This document shows positions 25,394 to 35,891 of a DNA stretch of 64,000 nucleotides, piece by piece. The notes beneath the pieces are model-generated. The model did not search any database. It was not told the origin of the DNA and saw only the letters and a list, made by a program, of their open reading frames with translations. The stretch covers positions 124,001 through 188,000 of the IMG/VR virus record IMGVR_UViG_3300048591_000147. One strand, 5' to 3'. The translations under genes were made by a program, and so were the position numbers. Position 1 is the stretch's first letter; the number at the start of each line of letters is the position of its first letter.

Positions 25394-25585
25394 TTAAATA
25401 AGTTCTACGTCAGAGATCTGATACATGGAATATTCGTTCTTGTCATATTTTACAGACACTGAAACGATTCCGTCTACCGGATAGAACTTTTCTATCTTGC
25501 CAATTCGTCCCTTATCATGACCAGATAGTACGATTATATTTGCACCTACTGAGTAGGTCACACCGTCATTAGTGAATGAATTCAT
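25394..25585 (-). CDS. KOW-motif (SH3-like) small protein
   Basis: IIVLSGHDKGRIGKI KOW signature. Confidence 0.65.
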   Translation of the reverse strand: MNSFTNDGVTYSVGANIIVLSGHDKGRIGKIEKFYPVDGIVSVSVKYDKNEYSMYQISDVELI

Positions 25586-25660
25586 AATTTATATCCTATT
25601 TTATTTAACAATGATAACATAGATTCAATCGAACGTAAAGACGCTGTATAGTGTTCATTG

Positions 25661-26089
25661 TTAGTAACCGCGTAACTGTTGTAAGAGTGCTTTGCCTTTA
25701 TCTGTATAACATTGCTCATGTTTTTTATTTTCCTTAAATAGTGACTCGTGTAACACCGTATAGTATCCGCCAATGACTACCTGTTTTCCGGGCAAGCCAG
25801 TTAATGTGCAAGTTCTCATGGAGAACCATTCGTACAGTTCGATAACCTCTCTTATCAAGGCGAATCCTTCACGCTGCCATTCAGTGTATATAGTATCAGA
25901 CGGTTGACCAAACGAATAATACACCCGTAATGCTGTGAACTTCTGTTTAATCTGGCGATACGTGATCTGTGGGAGTCCATAGTCTTCAACTATTGCGTCA
26001 ATAGTTTCCAACATCTCGTTTACCATGGTATCCCAACCTTCGTTGAATCCCAGTCTACATTCAGTTTTTTCTAATTGTTCTAGGTTCAT
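25661..26089 (-). CDS. Conserved phage hypothetical protein
   Basis: GW...QIKQKFTALRVY...S.RTC motif; start moved to 26089. Confidence 0.7.
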   Translation of the reverse strand: MNLEQLEKTECRLGFNEGWDTMVNEMLETIDAIVEDYGLPQITYRQIKQKFTALRVYYSFGQPSDTIYTEWQREGFALIREVIELYEWFSMRTCTLTGLPGKQVVIGGYYTVLHESLFKENKKHEQCYTDKGKALLQQLRGY

Positions 26090-26102
26090 TATGTCATCTA
26101 CC

Positions 26103-26810
26103 TTACGATAATTCAATAAATTTTGCGGATATTGTACCAGCTTTTGCTGCCACCGTGATCCTATGATGTCCATCAATCAGACGATTATCTAATAAGATTC
26201 CAATTGGAAGGCCATCCGTGATGCAATATTTAGTGTGGTCAAACTTCTTCATGTATTGAAGTCTGTCATTGGTTGATCCATTATTAATTATATCACCCAC
26301 TATCTTGTCAACCACAACGGCAGACGAACAATCGTACAGTTCTGGTAATAGAAATTCGTACTCGGCTTTGATCACTAATTTGACCTTATCAACATCGTTA
26401 GGATAGTTGATCATCTCTGCCACGTCTTTGAAGAATGCTCCAAATGCTGGGTGGTCAACGCCCACTATTTCCTCGCCATAATAGCCACCGCCAATCTCAA
26501 CGTCATATGTATCTAGATCAGTCAATCCATGTAAATGGAGTAGTCTGTCTATACAATATCGTTCTATATCAGTTGGATTGTAATCATACGATCTATATCG
26601 AATCTTTTTATTGGTCTTCTTCTGAATTGAAACAATACAATTATCAATTTTGGTATCTTCGTCTATGCGCGCGTTTATTATTCTTCCACATCTACATATA
26701 GAGTCGCATCCATGGCGATCACAGTCACGTTCAGTGTCATAATCAAAATTAAATGCATATCGTGAGATGGATAGACTAACTCCATTGATATCAAATATAT
26801 TGTTGGTCAT
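26103..26810 (-). CDS. Protein with C-terminal ParB/Srx-like motif
   Basis: PIGIL...LIDGHHRITVA. Confidence 0.6.
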   Translation of the reverse strand: MTNNIFDINGVSLSISRYAFNFDYDTERDCDRHGCDSICRCGRIINARIDEDTKIDNCIVSIQKKTNKKIRYRSYDYNPTDIERYCIDRLLHLHGLTDLDTYDVEIGGGYYGEEIVGVDHPAFGAFFKDVAEMINYPNDVDKVKLVIKAEYEFLLPELYDCSSAVVVDKIVGDIINNGSTNDRLQYMKKFDHTKYCITDGLPIGILLDNRLIDGHHRITVAAKAGTISAKFIELS

Positions 26811-26815
26811 TTATA

Positions 26816-27046
26816 TTAATCTCTCGCGTGTGATAGTCGATATATTACCACAGCATCCTCTAACAGTTCAAGCTGTTTAGAGAGTCTGATTTTGATCGAC
26901 TCGTCTTCACACTCATCTAACATTTTTCTTAAATGACTAATGTCTTGATTTATTTGATCAGAATTTATCGTTTCGTGGCTCACGCAGCTTCCTTTGTTCT
27001 CATTTGCTTCCAATTCCCGAATGCTCGTACAAGATGCGGTGTACAA
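26816..27046 (-). CDS. Hypothetical protein
   Basis: ORF in a minus-strand run; start uncertain. Confidence 0.45.
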   Translation of the reverse strand: MYTASCTSIRELEANENKGSCVSHETINSDQINQDISHLRKMLDECEDESIKIRLSKQLELLEDAVVIYRLSHARD

Positions 27047-27207
27047 CCGTCAATATCTGATAATTGTTTATACGAACTCACATAAAGTTTACAACGCATG
27101 CATCTACCAGAATTGTTAGCATTTATGGCCCACTCGTGAGTGTCACACCACCATAATGGTGGGAGGACACTATTCGCATCAGGATAGAGTATTTCGGTAT
27201 AGTCCAT
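26980..27207 (-). CDS. Small Cys-containing hypothetical protein
   Basis: CDTH...CMRC. Confidence 0.5.
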   Translation of the reverse strand: MDYTEILYPDANSVLPPLWWCDTHEWAINANNSGRCMRCKLYVSSYKQLSDIDGCTPHLVRAFGNWKQMRTKEAA

Positions 27208-27210
27208 TAA

Positions 27211-27480
27211 TTATACTTTCTGGACACCAAAAGTGTAGCTATCTTTGGTTAGAAACAGAGAATGCTTTCTACCATTGTAGATCGCCACGCATTCTATTCC
27301 AGTCATTGATGATGATGAGGTAGAGTACACGGGTGTTACGTTATCAATTTCAACACCTTCTAGAAATAAGAATTCTTTTACCTGCTTACACAGTTCGAAA
27401 TCATATTTACCGTGCCTGTCAATCAAGCTATAAAGCTGGATTCTATTTTGTTCAAAAACGTCTAATAGTATATTTTTCAT
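27211..27480 (-). CDS. Hypothetical protein
   Basis: Start at 27480 after an AGGA RBS. Confidence 0.6.
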   Translation of the reverse strand: MKNILLDVFEQNRIQLYSLIDRHGKYDFELCKQVKEFLFLEGVEIDNVTPVYSTSSSSMTGIECVAIYNGRKHSLFLTKDSYTFGVQKV

Positions 27481-27516
27481 TTGTTTTCCTAATTTCTCGT
27501 ACCATCTTATCAAAAA

Positions 27517-27549
27517 GAAACGGGGGTGTCAATCGGACACCCCCGTTTC
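27517..27549 (-). terminator. Terminator after nrdB
   Basis: GAAACGGGGGTGTC/GACACCCCGTTTC-type stem with a T-tract on -. Confidence 0.8.
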
Positions 27550-27571
27550 TTTAAACCTTAAACCCGCTTTA

Positions 27572-28657
27572 TTACAAGTCTGGTAAATCTTTTAGATGTA
27601 TTGTATCAGTCATGGCACCGATTACATATGAAGTCGATTCTGTTTCTTGTAGCGCTGTTTGTTTATTATCAACTTCAGAGTGTTTCAGATACCATGGGAT
27701 TGGATGGCTTCGCGGAGCAGTACCAAGATATTTGATACCCACTTTTTGTAATTTTTCTTTTGCGGTCCAGTCTACGAACTGGCTAAGGATTCTCGCATTC
27801 AGTCCAACTACAACACCCTCACTAAACAGATAATCTGCCCATTCTTTTTCTTCTTGAATGATGTCAGCATATATTTGATATATCTCGTCTTTATGCTGTT
27901 CTTCAAGATTTTTGAAATCTGGGTCAGATTCTTTAGTCAACTTCAAAAGATCCGCAGTCCATTCAGTGTGTAGCAATTCATCTTGAAGAATTAATGATAT
28001 CTCGGCGCCGTTTCCGATGAACATTCCATTCTCCATCATACCCAAAGATGTCGCAAAAGACACAATAAAGCGAATAGCTTCAAGACCATATGACGCATGT
28101 AATGCAAGCAAAATTGCTTTCTTATGTGCTAGTTCATCATAATCTTCATGGCCATATTGCATGGCGATATTATGTTTTACGACATAATTATAATATTTTC
28201 CTATAGAGGCTGCCATATCCACAATAGGCTGGACTTTATGAATGTTGTCGAATATTTCTGAGGGATTGCTGTAGACATTCCTGATGATATGTGAATAAGC
28301 TCTACTGTGGATATTTGATTCAAAAAATGTCCAATTCAGTAGTAGGTTTTTTACTTCAGGTAAAGACACACACGGTCCAAATACCTCATAAGGGCTCTGC
28401 ATACTATCTAGTGTAGTTTGTCTTAGTAAGTTGCTCGTGTACATATGTCTTTCAGCTTTATTGGCCTTTTTGAAATCTTCTTTGTCTTTCATTAGAGAGA
28501 TTTCTTCAGGGGTCCAATAATATCCTCGTGCGATCTCTTCATATTTGTCGAGCTTCGGATATTTCACAGAGTCGAAACGTTGTACGGATACTTCACCATC
28601 TAACCACAATTTTCTCTTTTGGTATTCTGGGTTAAATGATATGTCATAATTAGTCAT
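27572..28657 (-). CDS. nrdB: Ribonucleotide reductase class Ia beta subunit
   Basis: YWTPEEI, LDSMQ, FESNIHSRAY (Fe ligands and radical Tyr), EAIRF, DELLH. Confidence 0.95.
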   Translation of the reverse strand: MTNYDISFNPEYQKRKLWLDGEVSVQRFDSVKYPKLDKYEEIARGYYWTPEEISLMKDKEDFKKANKAERHMYTSNLLRQTTLDSMQSPYEVFGPCVSLPEVKNLLLNWTFFESNIHSRAYSHIIRNVYSNPSEIFDNIHKVQPIVDMAASIGKYYNYVVKHNIAMQYGHEDYDELAHKKAILLALHASYGLEAIRFIVSFATSLGMMENGMFIGNGAEISLILQDELLHTEWTADLLKLTKESDPDFKNLEEQHKDEIYQIYADIIQEEKEWADYLFSEGVVVGLNARILSQFVDWTAKEKLQKVGIKYLGTAPRSHPIPWYLKHSEVDNKQTALQETESTSYVIGAMTDTIHLKDLPDL

Positions 28658-28666
28658 TGATATTCC

Positions 28667-30979
28667 TTATAATTTGCAAGAATCGCATTCACTTTCCTGA
28701 TCTATTTCTGGCTCAGGTTCTAATACGATATTTTCTTCATCTATTAACTGATTTTTAGTTCCAGTCTTATTAGTTATATTGTAGTACAATGTTTTAATAC
28801 CCCAGTGAATTGATAGCATCATATTCTTTGCAACTTCGGTAGCGTCTACCTTTCCATTTGGGTATTTTGCTGGATCATAGAAAGTATCAGTGCTTATGCT
28901 TTGGCAAATATATACCTGCATGACCGCAGCGGTCTTTAAATAATCAGCAACATTTGTATCAAACATTAATTGATACTTATTTTTTAACTTTTCATATTCT
29001 GGTACTACCTGCGACTTAGACACCCCTTTAGCTTCTTTAGTAGTAATTAGGCTCTTTGGTATGGCTATTCCGTTCGTCGATTGTATCATGACTGATGACG
29101 ATTCAACAGGGGCTATTGCACCTAGTAATGCATTTCGCACGCCATACTTTTGCATGTCCGCGCGCAGACCTTCCCAATCCAATGATGGATCTGGTGTAAA
29201 GTCTGTTAATTCATTAACACCTTCTGCCCTAAGCTCCCATACAAACTTACCTTCTGCATAAATGGTGTCTTTCCACTTATCACACGGTCCTCGCGTTTTT
29301 GCTAATTCGACAGATGCTTCTAATGCATAGAAATACTGATGCTCCATCCATGACTTAACCAGTGCTAGCGCTTCTGGTGTTCCATATTTTAAGCCTCTTT
29401 TAGCATGCCAATAAGCTAAATTAGTCACACCAATACCAAGCGGACGGAAATTTCTGTTAGACCGTTCCGATTGAACACTGAGAAAGTCCTGATAATCAAG
29501 GATGTTATTCAACATTCTAACTGCCAAGCTAACAGATTTCTTCATTTGTTTAGGGTTTTTGAATTTGCCCCAATTATTTGATGCTAACGTGCATAGGAAA
29601 ATCTCACCATTAGTGTCTTCGATTCTTTGGAATGGACGACTTGGGCCTAATATTTCCATGCACAGATTTGACTGTACTATTGGGTGTTTTTTAACATCAA
29701 TAGGACCATTGGCCCAGTTATCAACGAACCCGACATAGATACGATTAGTTTCGCTTCTTTCTGTAATTAGAGACTTGAATACCTGACTGGCTGGTAATAC
29801 TTTCTTTCTAATTGATTCGTCTTTCTCATATTTTTCATAGAGTTCTTCGAATTTTTTCTGATCAGAATAATAAGCATCATATAAACCGACAGCAGAATGT
29901 GGGCAGAACAAGGTAATGTTTTGGTCATTCTTGAATCTGCGCCATAGATATTTGTTTGTTATGAACGCATAGTCCAGACGTCTTTCTCTGTTTTCTGATG
30001 TGCCCTTGTTGTTTTTCAATACGACCAAGTCTTCATAATCATAATGCCATATGGGGAAGAAGAAAGTCGCAGAGGCATTTCTGATACCGCCCTGTGATGT
30101 AGCTCTTAAATCACCAAACCATTTATGGATAAACGGTACAAGCCCTGTATGCGATATTTCACCGTCTCTTATAGGAGAGCCCGCCGAACGAATTCTGCCA
30201 GCTTCTAGCCCTATTCCAGCGCGTTTTGAGGCATACTTACCCATCATCTCACCAGAAGCAAATATAGAATCTAATGTATCGTCTACGGTGATTTTCACAC
30301 ATGATGAAAACTGTTTAGTTTTAGTGCCAAGCCCTGCCGCAATTGGTGTAGCTGTTGAATTTTCACCATTGGATAGATTCTTATATAGATCCAATACTAG
30401 CGCCATTCTATCCGTTTTTGGCTCTTGATGCATGCAAACAGCAGCAACAATTATGTAACGTATTTGTGGCGTTTCATAAATCTGGCCAGTGCTCTTGTTT
30501 GATATCAGGTATTTTGACTCAAATTGTGAGATGGCGGATAATGATAGGCTCTCGTCTTTTTTGTGATCTATGAATGAATCCATTAGATTCCATTCGTCCG
30601 GGGTATACCATTCTAGAAGTTCTGGCGTATATAACCCTATTTTTATATTCTTCTCAATAATTTCTAATAGTGGTGGCGGATCATATTGACCGTATACACG
30701 CTTTCGTAATATTGAATTTTGTAATCTACCAGCGACTAGTTCGTAATTTACGTGACCGTCTACAGCAATTGTGAGGTTTGATGCTGATTTTAGTGCGATT
30801 TGATCAATATGATCGGTGGAAATTCCATCAAAAATTTCTAATCGCATGTTCATTTCTATCATCGATTCAGATACATTCGGCACTCCCTCACAAGCGAACT
30901 GAATCTGACGCTGTATCTTCTCTTGCTGGTACAATTCTCTTTCCCCGTTTCTCTTTGTCACGTATAAATTTTTTGTCAT
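28667..30979 (-). CDS. nrdA: Ribonucleotide reductase class Ia alpha subunit with ATP cone
   Basis: VTKRNG ATP cone, QFSSC, SQGGIR, SNLCME, KTLYY, C-terminal CDSC. Confidence 0.96.
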   Translation of the reverse strand: MTKNLYVTKRNGERELYQQEKIQRQIQFACEGVPNVSESMIEMNMRLEIFDGISTDHIDQIALKSASNLTIAVDGHVNYELVAGRLQNSILRKRVYGQYDPPPLLEIIEKNIKIGLYTPELLEWYTPDEWNLMDSFIDHKKDESLSLSAISQFESKYLISNKSTGQIYETPQIRYIIVAAVCMHQEPKTDRMALVLDLYKNLSNGENSTATPIAAGLGTKTKQFSSCVKITVDDTLDSIFASGEMMGKYASKRAGIGLEAGRIRSAGSPIRDGEISHTGLVPFIHKWFGDLRATSQGGIRNASATFFFPIWHYDYEDLVVLKNNKGTSENRERRLDYAFITNKYLWRRFKNDQNITLFCPHSAVGLYDAYYSDQKKFEELYEKYEKDESIRKKVLPASQVFKSLITERSETNRIYVGFVDNWANGPIDVKKHPIVQSNLCMEILGPSRPFQRIEDTNGEIFLCTLASNNWGKFKNPKQMKKSVSLAVRMLNNILDYQDFLSVQSERSNRNFRPLGIGVTNLAYWHAKRGLKYGTPEALALVKSWMEHQYFYALEASVELAKTRGPCDKWKDTIYAEGKFVWELRAEGVNELTDFTPDPSLDWEGLRADMQKYGVRNALLGAIAPVESSSVMIQSTNGIAIPKSLITTKEAKGVSKSQVVPEYEKLKNKYQLMFDTNVADYLKTAAVMQVYICQSISTDTFYDPAKYPNGKVDATEVAKNMMLSIHWGIKTLYYNITNKTGTKNQLIDEENIVLEPEPEIDQESECDSCKL

Positions 30980-31085
30980 TGCAGTCCTATAATAATTTAT
31001 TGTTGATTTTGTATAAACTACCTATGAAAATAGTATAGGTATTTAGCTAGTATGTGTGTTATTTCGACTTAATTAACGTAATCAA

Positions 31086-31619
31086 TTAGTTACGAACAAT
31101 TAAGTCATAATCGGATTTTTCTGTGAAAAAACTACACTTGATCGCATAGAAATATGGGATATTGTATATAATAACTTCAGACTGTTTGTCTAAAGCGATA
31201 TGGAGATTTTCACTCACATAGTCATCCTCCAATACCTTAGAGAGTAGTGAGATCGCTTCGTTCTCCACCATGATATCTAATACACCAAGCATGGCTGACT
31301 TATACGCTTCAGTGGTATTCTTCACGCTGTTGCAATATAAGAATTTGTAACCGTTGATTGGAAATATATAATACCGTTCCAAACCAGTTGAATCTCTCTC
31401 GGTAGTATTGCAAAATATTGATCTATAAAATATATTTGGGTAGATGTTTGCAAATGCGGTGTTGAACGCATTGGCCAGCGGCATATTCTTGGCTTTTTTG
31501 TGTCTGGCTTTTACTTTTATGAACGGTTCTCTATGCGCCGGAAGCATCTTATACATCGGAATGCCTTTACTGTCGCTGATAAATTCAGAGCATTCAGTTT
31601 TAACAGTAGGAAATATCAT
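31086..31619 (-). CDS. Hypothetical protein
   Basis: YYIFPINGYKFLY pattern; start estimated. Confidence 0.65.
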   Translation of the reverse strand: MIFPTVKTECSEFISDSKGIPMYKMLPAHREPFIKVKARHKKAKNMPLANAFNTAFANIYPNIFYRSIFCNTTERDSTGLERYYIFPINGYKFLYCNSVKNTTEAYKSAMLGVLDIMVENEAISLLSKVLEDDYVSENLHIALDKQSEVIIYNIPYFYAIKCSFFTEKSDYDLIVRN

Positions 31620-31656
31620 TATTGTACCCATAAATATTGAAGGAAAGAATACCACA

Positions 31657-32289
31657 ATGAGAGAATCACTTCAACAATTTTACGATAAAGTATCTGGTAG
31701 ACAAGTATTTGTAATTGCTGGCGGGCCAACAGTGGCACAGCAGAATCTTGAATTACTTAAAGGTAAGAAGATCGTTTGCATAAACAATGCCTACAAACTA
31801 ATAGAAGATCCCGTTGCATTATATTGGGCCGATGAGCATTGGGCTAGTCAGCATGTGGACAACCTTCAGAAACATAAATGTAAGCATCGTTTTCATTCTA
31901 GATTCCACCTATCGCAACAGATTATAGACAAGGATATCAAAGGGGTGGGGAATTGTACACTACTTAAGCGTACTGCCGAATATGGTGTAGATCCTAATGT
32001 CAATCACGTATGCGGGAACAATGGCGGGGCTCAAGTATTGAACCTGTTATTGAATATGAAAGTGCGTGAAATTGTATTACTGGGATATGATATGAAATTG
32101 ATATCCAGTAAAAGTCATTGGCATGGTGGTCATGGTCTACCAATACGACCATGTGTGTATTTCAATTTTATCGAATCTGTAAAATCTATTGCTCCATTTT
32201 TGGAGAAAGCTAAGATCAATGTAATCAATACCTCTCCAAATACGGATTTGGATTGTTTTACTAAACACAAATTAGAGGATGTGGTATGA
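31657..32289 (+). CDS. Maf/MptE-like (GT29/GT42-related) glycosyltransferase-fold protein 1
   Basis: VIAGGPT, CINNAY, NNGGAQ...IVLLGYD, VINTS; TAAATA 31631; start moved to 31657. Confidence 0.7.
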   Translation: MRESLQQFYDKVSGRQVFVIAGGPTVAQQNLELLKGKKIVCINNAYKLIEDPVALYWADEHWASQHVDNLQKHKCKHRFHSRFHLSQQIIDKDIKGVGNCTLLKRTAEYGVDPNVNHVCGNNGGAQVLNLLLNMKVREIVLLGYDMKLISSKSHWHGGHGLPIRPCVYFNFIESVKSIAPFLEKAKINVINTSPNTDLDCFTKHKLEDVV

Positions 32290-32936
32290 ATCGTGGAATA
32301 GAATGGGGGCGAGTGACCCAACAGCACGATAATATTATTATAGTGTGTGGTGGTCGTAGTCTGAGTAAATTTGACTTTTCTTTGATTAAAGATCTCGGAA
32401 CTATCATAGTTGTAAATACTTCTTTCACTGTTGTTCCATTTGCTGACTATTGGTTCACTTTAGATATTACTGGCGTTCAACAGCCAACGTCTAGTAATTT
32501 TAGTGGAAAGTTATACGCAGCAGTACCACAAACTTATGGTACGCAAAATCAAGTAGTTACTAAAAATATAACATATCTACATCGGCTGATATCACACAAT
32601 GACCCCACAATCTCTAGTGAAAGCGCTTATGTAACTGGATTATCTGAAGACAATGGATGCATCAACACCGGAAACAGCGGATTTGGTGCTTTTGGTCTAG
32701 CATATCACATGAAACCTAAGAAAATATTAATATTGGGTATGGATGGAGATATCGGATACCACTATACCGATACGCGGAAGAATCGACCACTGACTTACTT
32801 ACCATTATTAATGAATTCAACAGTTGCTCAAATAAACAAGGCTAATATAAAAGTAATAAATGGTAGCATCAATAGTAGCATAACTGCATATCCTAAATAT
32901 TGTTTATCGGAAGCGTTGGGTGAATTTAGTAAATGA
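32286..32936 (+). CDS. Maf/MptE-like glycosyltransferase-fold protein 2
   Basis: IVCGGRSL, VVN, NSGFGAFGLAY...ILILGMD, VINGS. Confidence 0.7.
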   Translation: MNRGIEWGRVTQQHDNIIIVCGGRSLSKFDFSLIKDLGTIIVVNTSFTVVPFADYWFTLDITGVQQPTSSNFSGKLYAAVPQTYGTQNQVVTKNITYLHRLISHNDPTISSESAYVTGLSEDNGCINTGNSGFGAFGLAYHMKPKKILILGMDGDIGYHYTDTRKNRPLTYLPLLMNSTVAQINKANIKVINGSINSSITAYPKYCLSEALGEFSK

Positions 32937-34252
32937 ATAAAATACTGGCTGATTGTATTCAACATATACAACCATTAAGCGGTGATATAATAGATTTCAG
33001 GGTTGGTAATGGCGACATTTTTATTAAGTTGGTTAAAAACACCGTTAAAACTCCTAAGCATGTATGGGGCGTGACAAACTATTATGGTCTTGGTGGCCCA
33101 TCCCCAGAGGACATGAAAGATTATGTATCGCGTATGGCGCGACTGAAAAAATCTACACTATCTAAGCGTGAGCTAATTAATAAACTACATCGTAATATAT
33201 TCTTATGCAAGAATAAATTCACACTTATAGAAAATACGTCTTTTCAAAAAAGCCTACTGAGCATCCCGTCACATGTGAGGTTCAGTCTGGCGTATGTTGA
33301 CTTGCTTCAATATACGCCAACATTAATGGCGTTGGCGTTCTTAGAAGATCGTTTACAGCCTGACGGTCTAATAATTATTAATAACTATGATGCTAGTGAT
33401 AATCATGCCGCAAATAAAGCCGTAACGGAATTTATTACTACTCACGGCTACACTATATTACCATCAACAGACGCTGGAGTACTAATCATTATGCGCAGAC
33501 CTAACACCACTCCTATATCAGAACCAGCCATTGAAGTGGTCAACCCAGACGAGACAGTAATCCTTGAGCCAGAATACCACATCCAGCCAATGACCGAAAA
33601 ACTGACCGTTGCTTGTGTGCTTATGAATGGCGGCAAAGTATATGACTACAAATATGTCAACGCGCTGGCTAACGCAGTTGCTAAGAACGTAACTATCCCT
33701 TATACATTTACATGTCTCACTGATAACCCGCAAAACTTTAATAAAAATGTGCACAAGGTGATAAAATTAAAGCACGGCTTCCCAAAATGGTGGAGCAAAA
33801 TAGAACTATTCCGCCCTGATATTTTCGATGATACTGAACAAGTTTTCTTTTTAGATTTAGATACAGTAATAACCAATAACATCGATGATATAGTTTCATA
33901 CGATGGTAATTTTTGTGGTCTAAGGGATTTTTATAGAATAGTGTCATTAGGAAGCGGACTGTTGTCTTGGAAACCTTCAAACCATCACCACATTTATCAC
34001 AATTTTTTATTGAAGTCTGCAAACATAATTGCGAACACACCAGAAGGTGATCAGCGGTGGATAGACAGTCAGACCAGTAAAATGGACTATTTCCAAGACC
34101 TATTTGGAAGGAAAGTGATTTCTTGGAAGAAAGACTGCGTAATTAATAAAATGGTATCCGTCCCATTGTCCGCTTCAATAATATGTTTCCATGGCGTACC
34201 TAAACCACATGAAATATCACATAGCGCCATCGTATCTAACTGGCAACCATAA
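32933..34252 (+). CDS. Degenerate TylF-like methyltransferase domain fused to a GT-A (GT8-like) glycosyltransferase
   Basis: N-term GDIIDFRVGNG...LAYVD..QY...LQPDGLII; C-term WWSKIELF, FLDLDTVI (DxD), GDQ, CFHG.PKP. Confidence 0.75.
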   Translation: MNKILADCIQHIQPLSGDIIDFRVGNGDIFIKLVKNTVKTPKHVWGVTNYYGLGGPSPEDMKDYVSRMARLKKSTLSKRELINKLHRNIFLCKNKFTLIENTSFQKSLLSIPSHVRFSLAYVDLLQYTPTLMALAFLEDRLQPDGLIIINNYDASDNHAANKAVTEFITTHGYTILPSTDAGVLIIMRRPNTTPISEPAIEVVNPDETVILEPEYHIQPMTEKLTVACVLMNGGKVYDYKYVNALANAVAKNVTIPYTFTCLTDNPQNFNKNVHKVIKLKHGFPKWWSKIELFRPDIFDDTEQVFFLDLDTVITNNIDDIVSYDGNFCGLRDFYRIVSLGSGLLSWKPSNHHHIYHNFLLKSANIIANTPEGDQRWIDSQTSKMDYFQDLFGRKVISWKKDCVINKMVSVPLSASIICFHGVPKPHEISHSAIVSNWQP

Positions 34253-34280
34253 AGCTAAATATACAATAAAAAGAGATATC

Positions 34281-35333
34281 ATGGCAACTATAAATTATAA
34301 ATGTTCTATCTGTAAAAAAGAAGTTGAATTGTTAGAGAATTCAATAGGTTTAAATATAGTTGGCGCGTGTAGTCTCACGGACGGCTGTGGTGGTAAACTA
34401 TTACAATTAAAACGAAATCCATATAACATCAGAGAATCAATAAAATATTATAATGATGATCTATTGGAGTTCGACCCGCGTAATAAGTTTCATAAACACC
34501 TACAAACAAATAGAAATAATACATGGAATGTGACTCATAATCTAAACAACCATCCAATCGTTGTCGTGTTTGTTAAAGTCAATAATTCTAATATATTAGA
34601 AAAAATCGACAACTCCACATATACGGTGTCATACACCAATGAAAACTCATTAGTCATATCTGGTTTGTCTCAACAATATACTGGAATCGCTCACTGTATC
34701 GCTCGCACATCTTCGCCAAGTTCCACAATAATTGCGACACCAGCGACCGAATATTATCAAGTTACGACTGGCGGTACTTTTACCTTTGCCATACCGAAGT
34801 TGCTTACCAAATTTGACTACACACCAACTGTTACTCCTACTCCAACACTACCACTGGATTTATACAATCTAGGTGATATAAAGTTAGAGATAGGAATAAC
34901 TAGGCCCAATGAAGAGGAAATAGTTTGTTCTGAATTAGTACCAGTACCGCAGATATCTTCCCCGTGGATAAGCTGGGGTGAAATCATCATACGTAATAGA
35001 AGAAACTATTACATCAAAATGAAGAATATATTAAATTTCACAACTTTTGATGATAGTAATCTAACATTTGATGACATCCCAAATGGTACAAAGATACGAT
35101 TTTTGCGAATAGATTATGGTACTGGTGTGTATCAGAAGATCCCATCCAGAGGCGCGTTTTTGATGTTGAGTAAAGCACCATACTCATTAACTGATAAGAA
35201 TCTTAAACAGATCGTAGACTTGGGTGAAATATTAGAAAGTAAATATTGGTATTTGACCTATAATGATGGTGAGGTATACATTGAGTTGGACGCCGTTGAA
35301 AGTACTTACCCGGATATAAGGAAAGTAGCATAA
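34281..35333 (+). CDS. Putative virion structural protein
   Basis: TAAATA 34256; WNVTHNLNNHPIV beta motif typical of virion decoration proteins; short TPTVTPTPT patch. Confidence 0.6.
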   Translation: MATINYKCSICKKEVELLENSIGLNIVGACSLTDGCGGKLLQLKRNPYNIRESIKYYNDDLLEFDPRNKFHKHLQTNRNNTWNVTHNLNNHPIVVVFVKVNNSNILEKIDNSTYTVSYTNENSLVISGLSQQYTGIAHCIARTSSPSSTIIATPATEYYQVTTGGTFTFAIPKLLTKFDYTPTVTPTPTLPLDLYNLGDIKLEIGITRPNEEEIVCSELVPVPQISSPWISWGEIIIRNRRNYYIKMKNILNFTTFDDSNLTFDDIPNGTKIRFLRIDYGTGVYQKIPSRGAFLMLSKAPYSLTDKNLKQIVDLGEILESKYWYLTYNDGEVYIELDAVESTYPDIRKVA

Positions 35334-35890
35334 TGAATATTAGATTTACTAATGGATTGATTTATTCATGGGATCGAAAAAACAACCCATTAATACTGAG
35401 CGATGGCGTCGTATCTATTAAGACATTTAATAAGAAACCAATATCTGCATCGTTTGCACATGGTCCACGAGATTACTACGCAGAAATTCCTTCAGGTAGT
35501 TGGAATATAACAACCACAGAACGCACATGGTTAACAATAGTATTGGACAACTTTTCAAGTGAATTTATGTATGTTACTACCACAATTAATCCAACTAACA
35601 ACTATGGACCAGAGTTCCCAGATACACCTGTAATAGGTGAGTGCTTCTTTCATCATTTACACAACAGAATGTTTATTTGGTCTGGTGCAAAGTGGATAAA
35701 CATCATTCAAGTGACATTAGGATATGTAGAAAATAACAAAACATATCCAGAAAATTCTGGCACTCAGGTCGGATTGAACAAGGTATCATCACCAACTGCT
35801 ATTCTAAAAGATCAGGCAGGATTGCCAATAATAAAGTTTATGGACGAACACTATCACTATTTTTTGACTGAACGAGATAATAAAAAATAA
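35333..35890 (+). CDS. Putative virion structural protein
   Basis: Coupled in the late operon; P.IGECFF...MFIWSGAKW tail-fibre-like motif. Confidence 0.55.
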   Translation: MNIRFTNGLIYSWDRKNNPLILSDGVVSIKTFNKKPISASFAHGPRDYYAEIPSGSWNITTTERTWLTIVLDNFSSEFMYVTTTINPTNNYGPEFPDTPVIGECFFHHLHNRMFIWSGAKWINIIQVTLGYVENNKTYPENSGTQVGLNKVSSPTAILKDQAGLPIIKFMDEHYHYFLTERDNKK

Positions 35891-35891
35891 A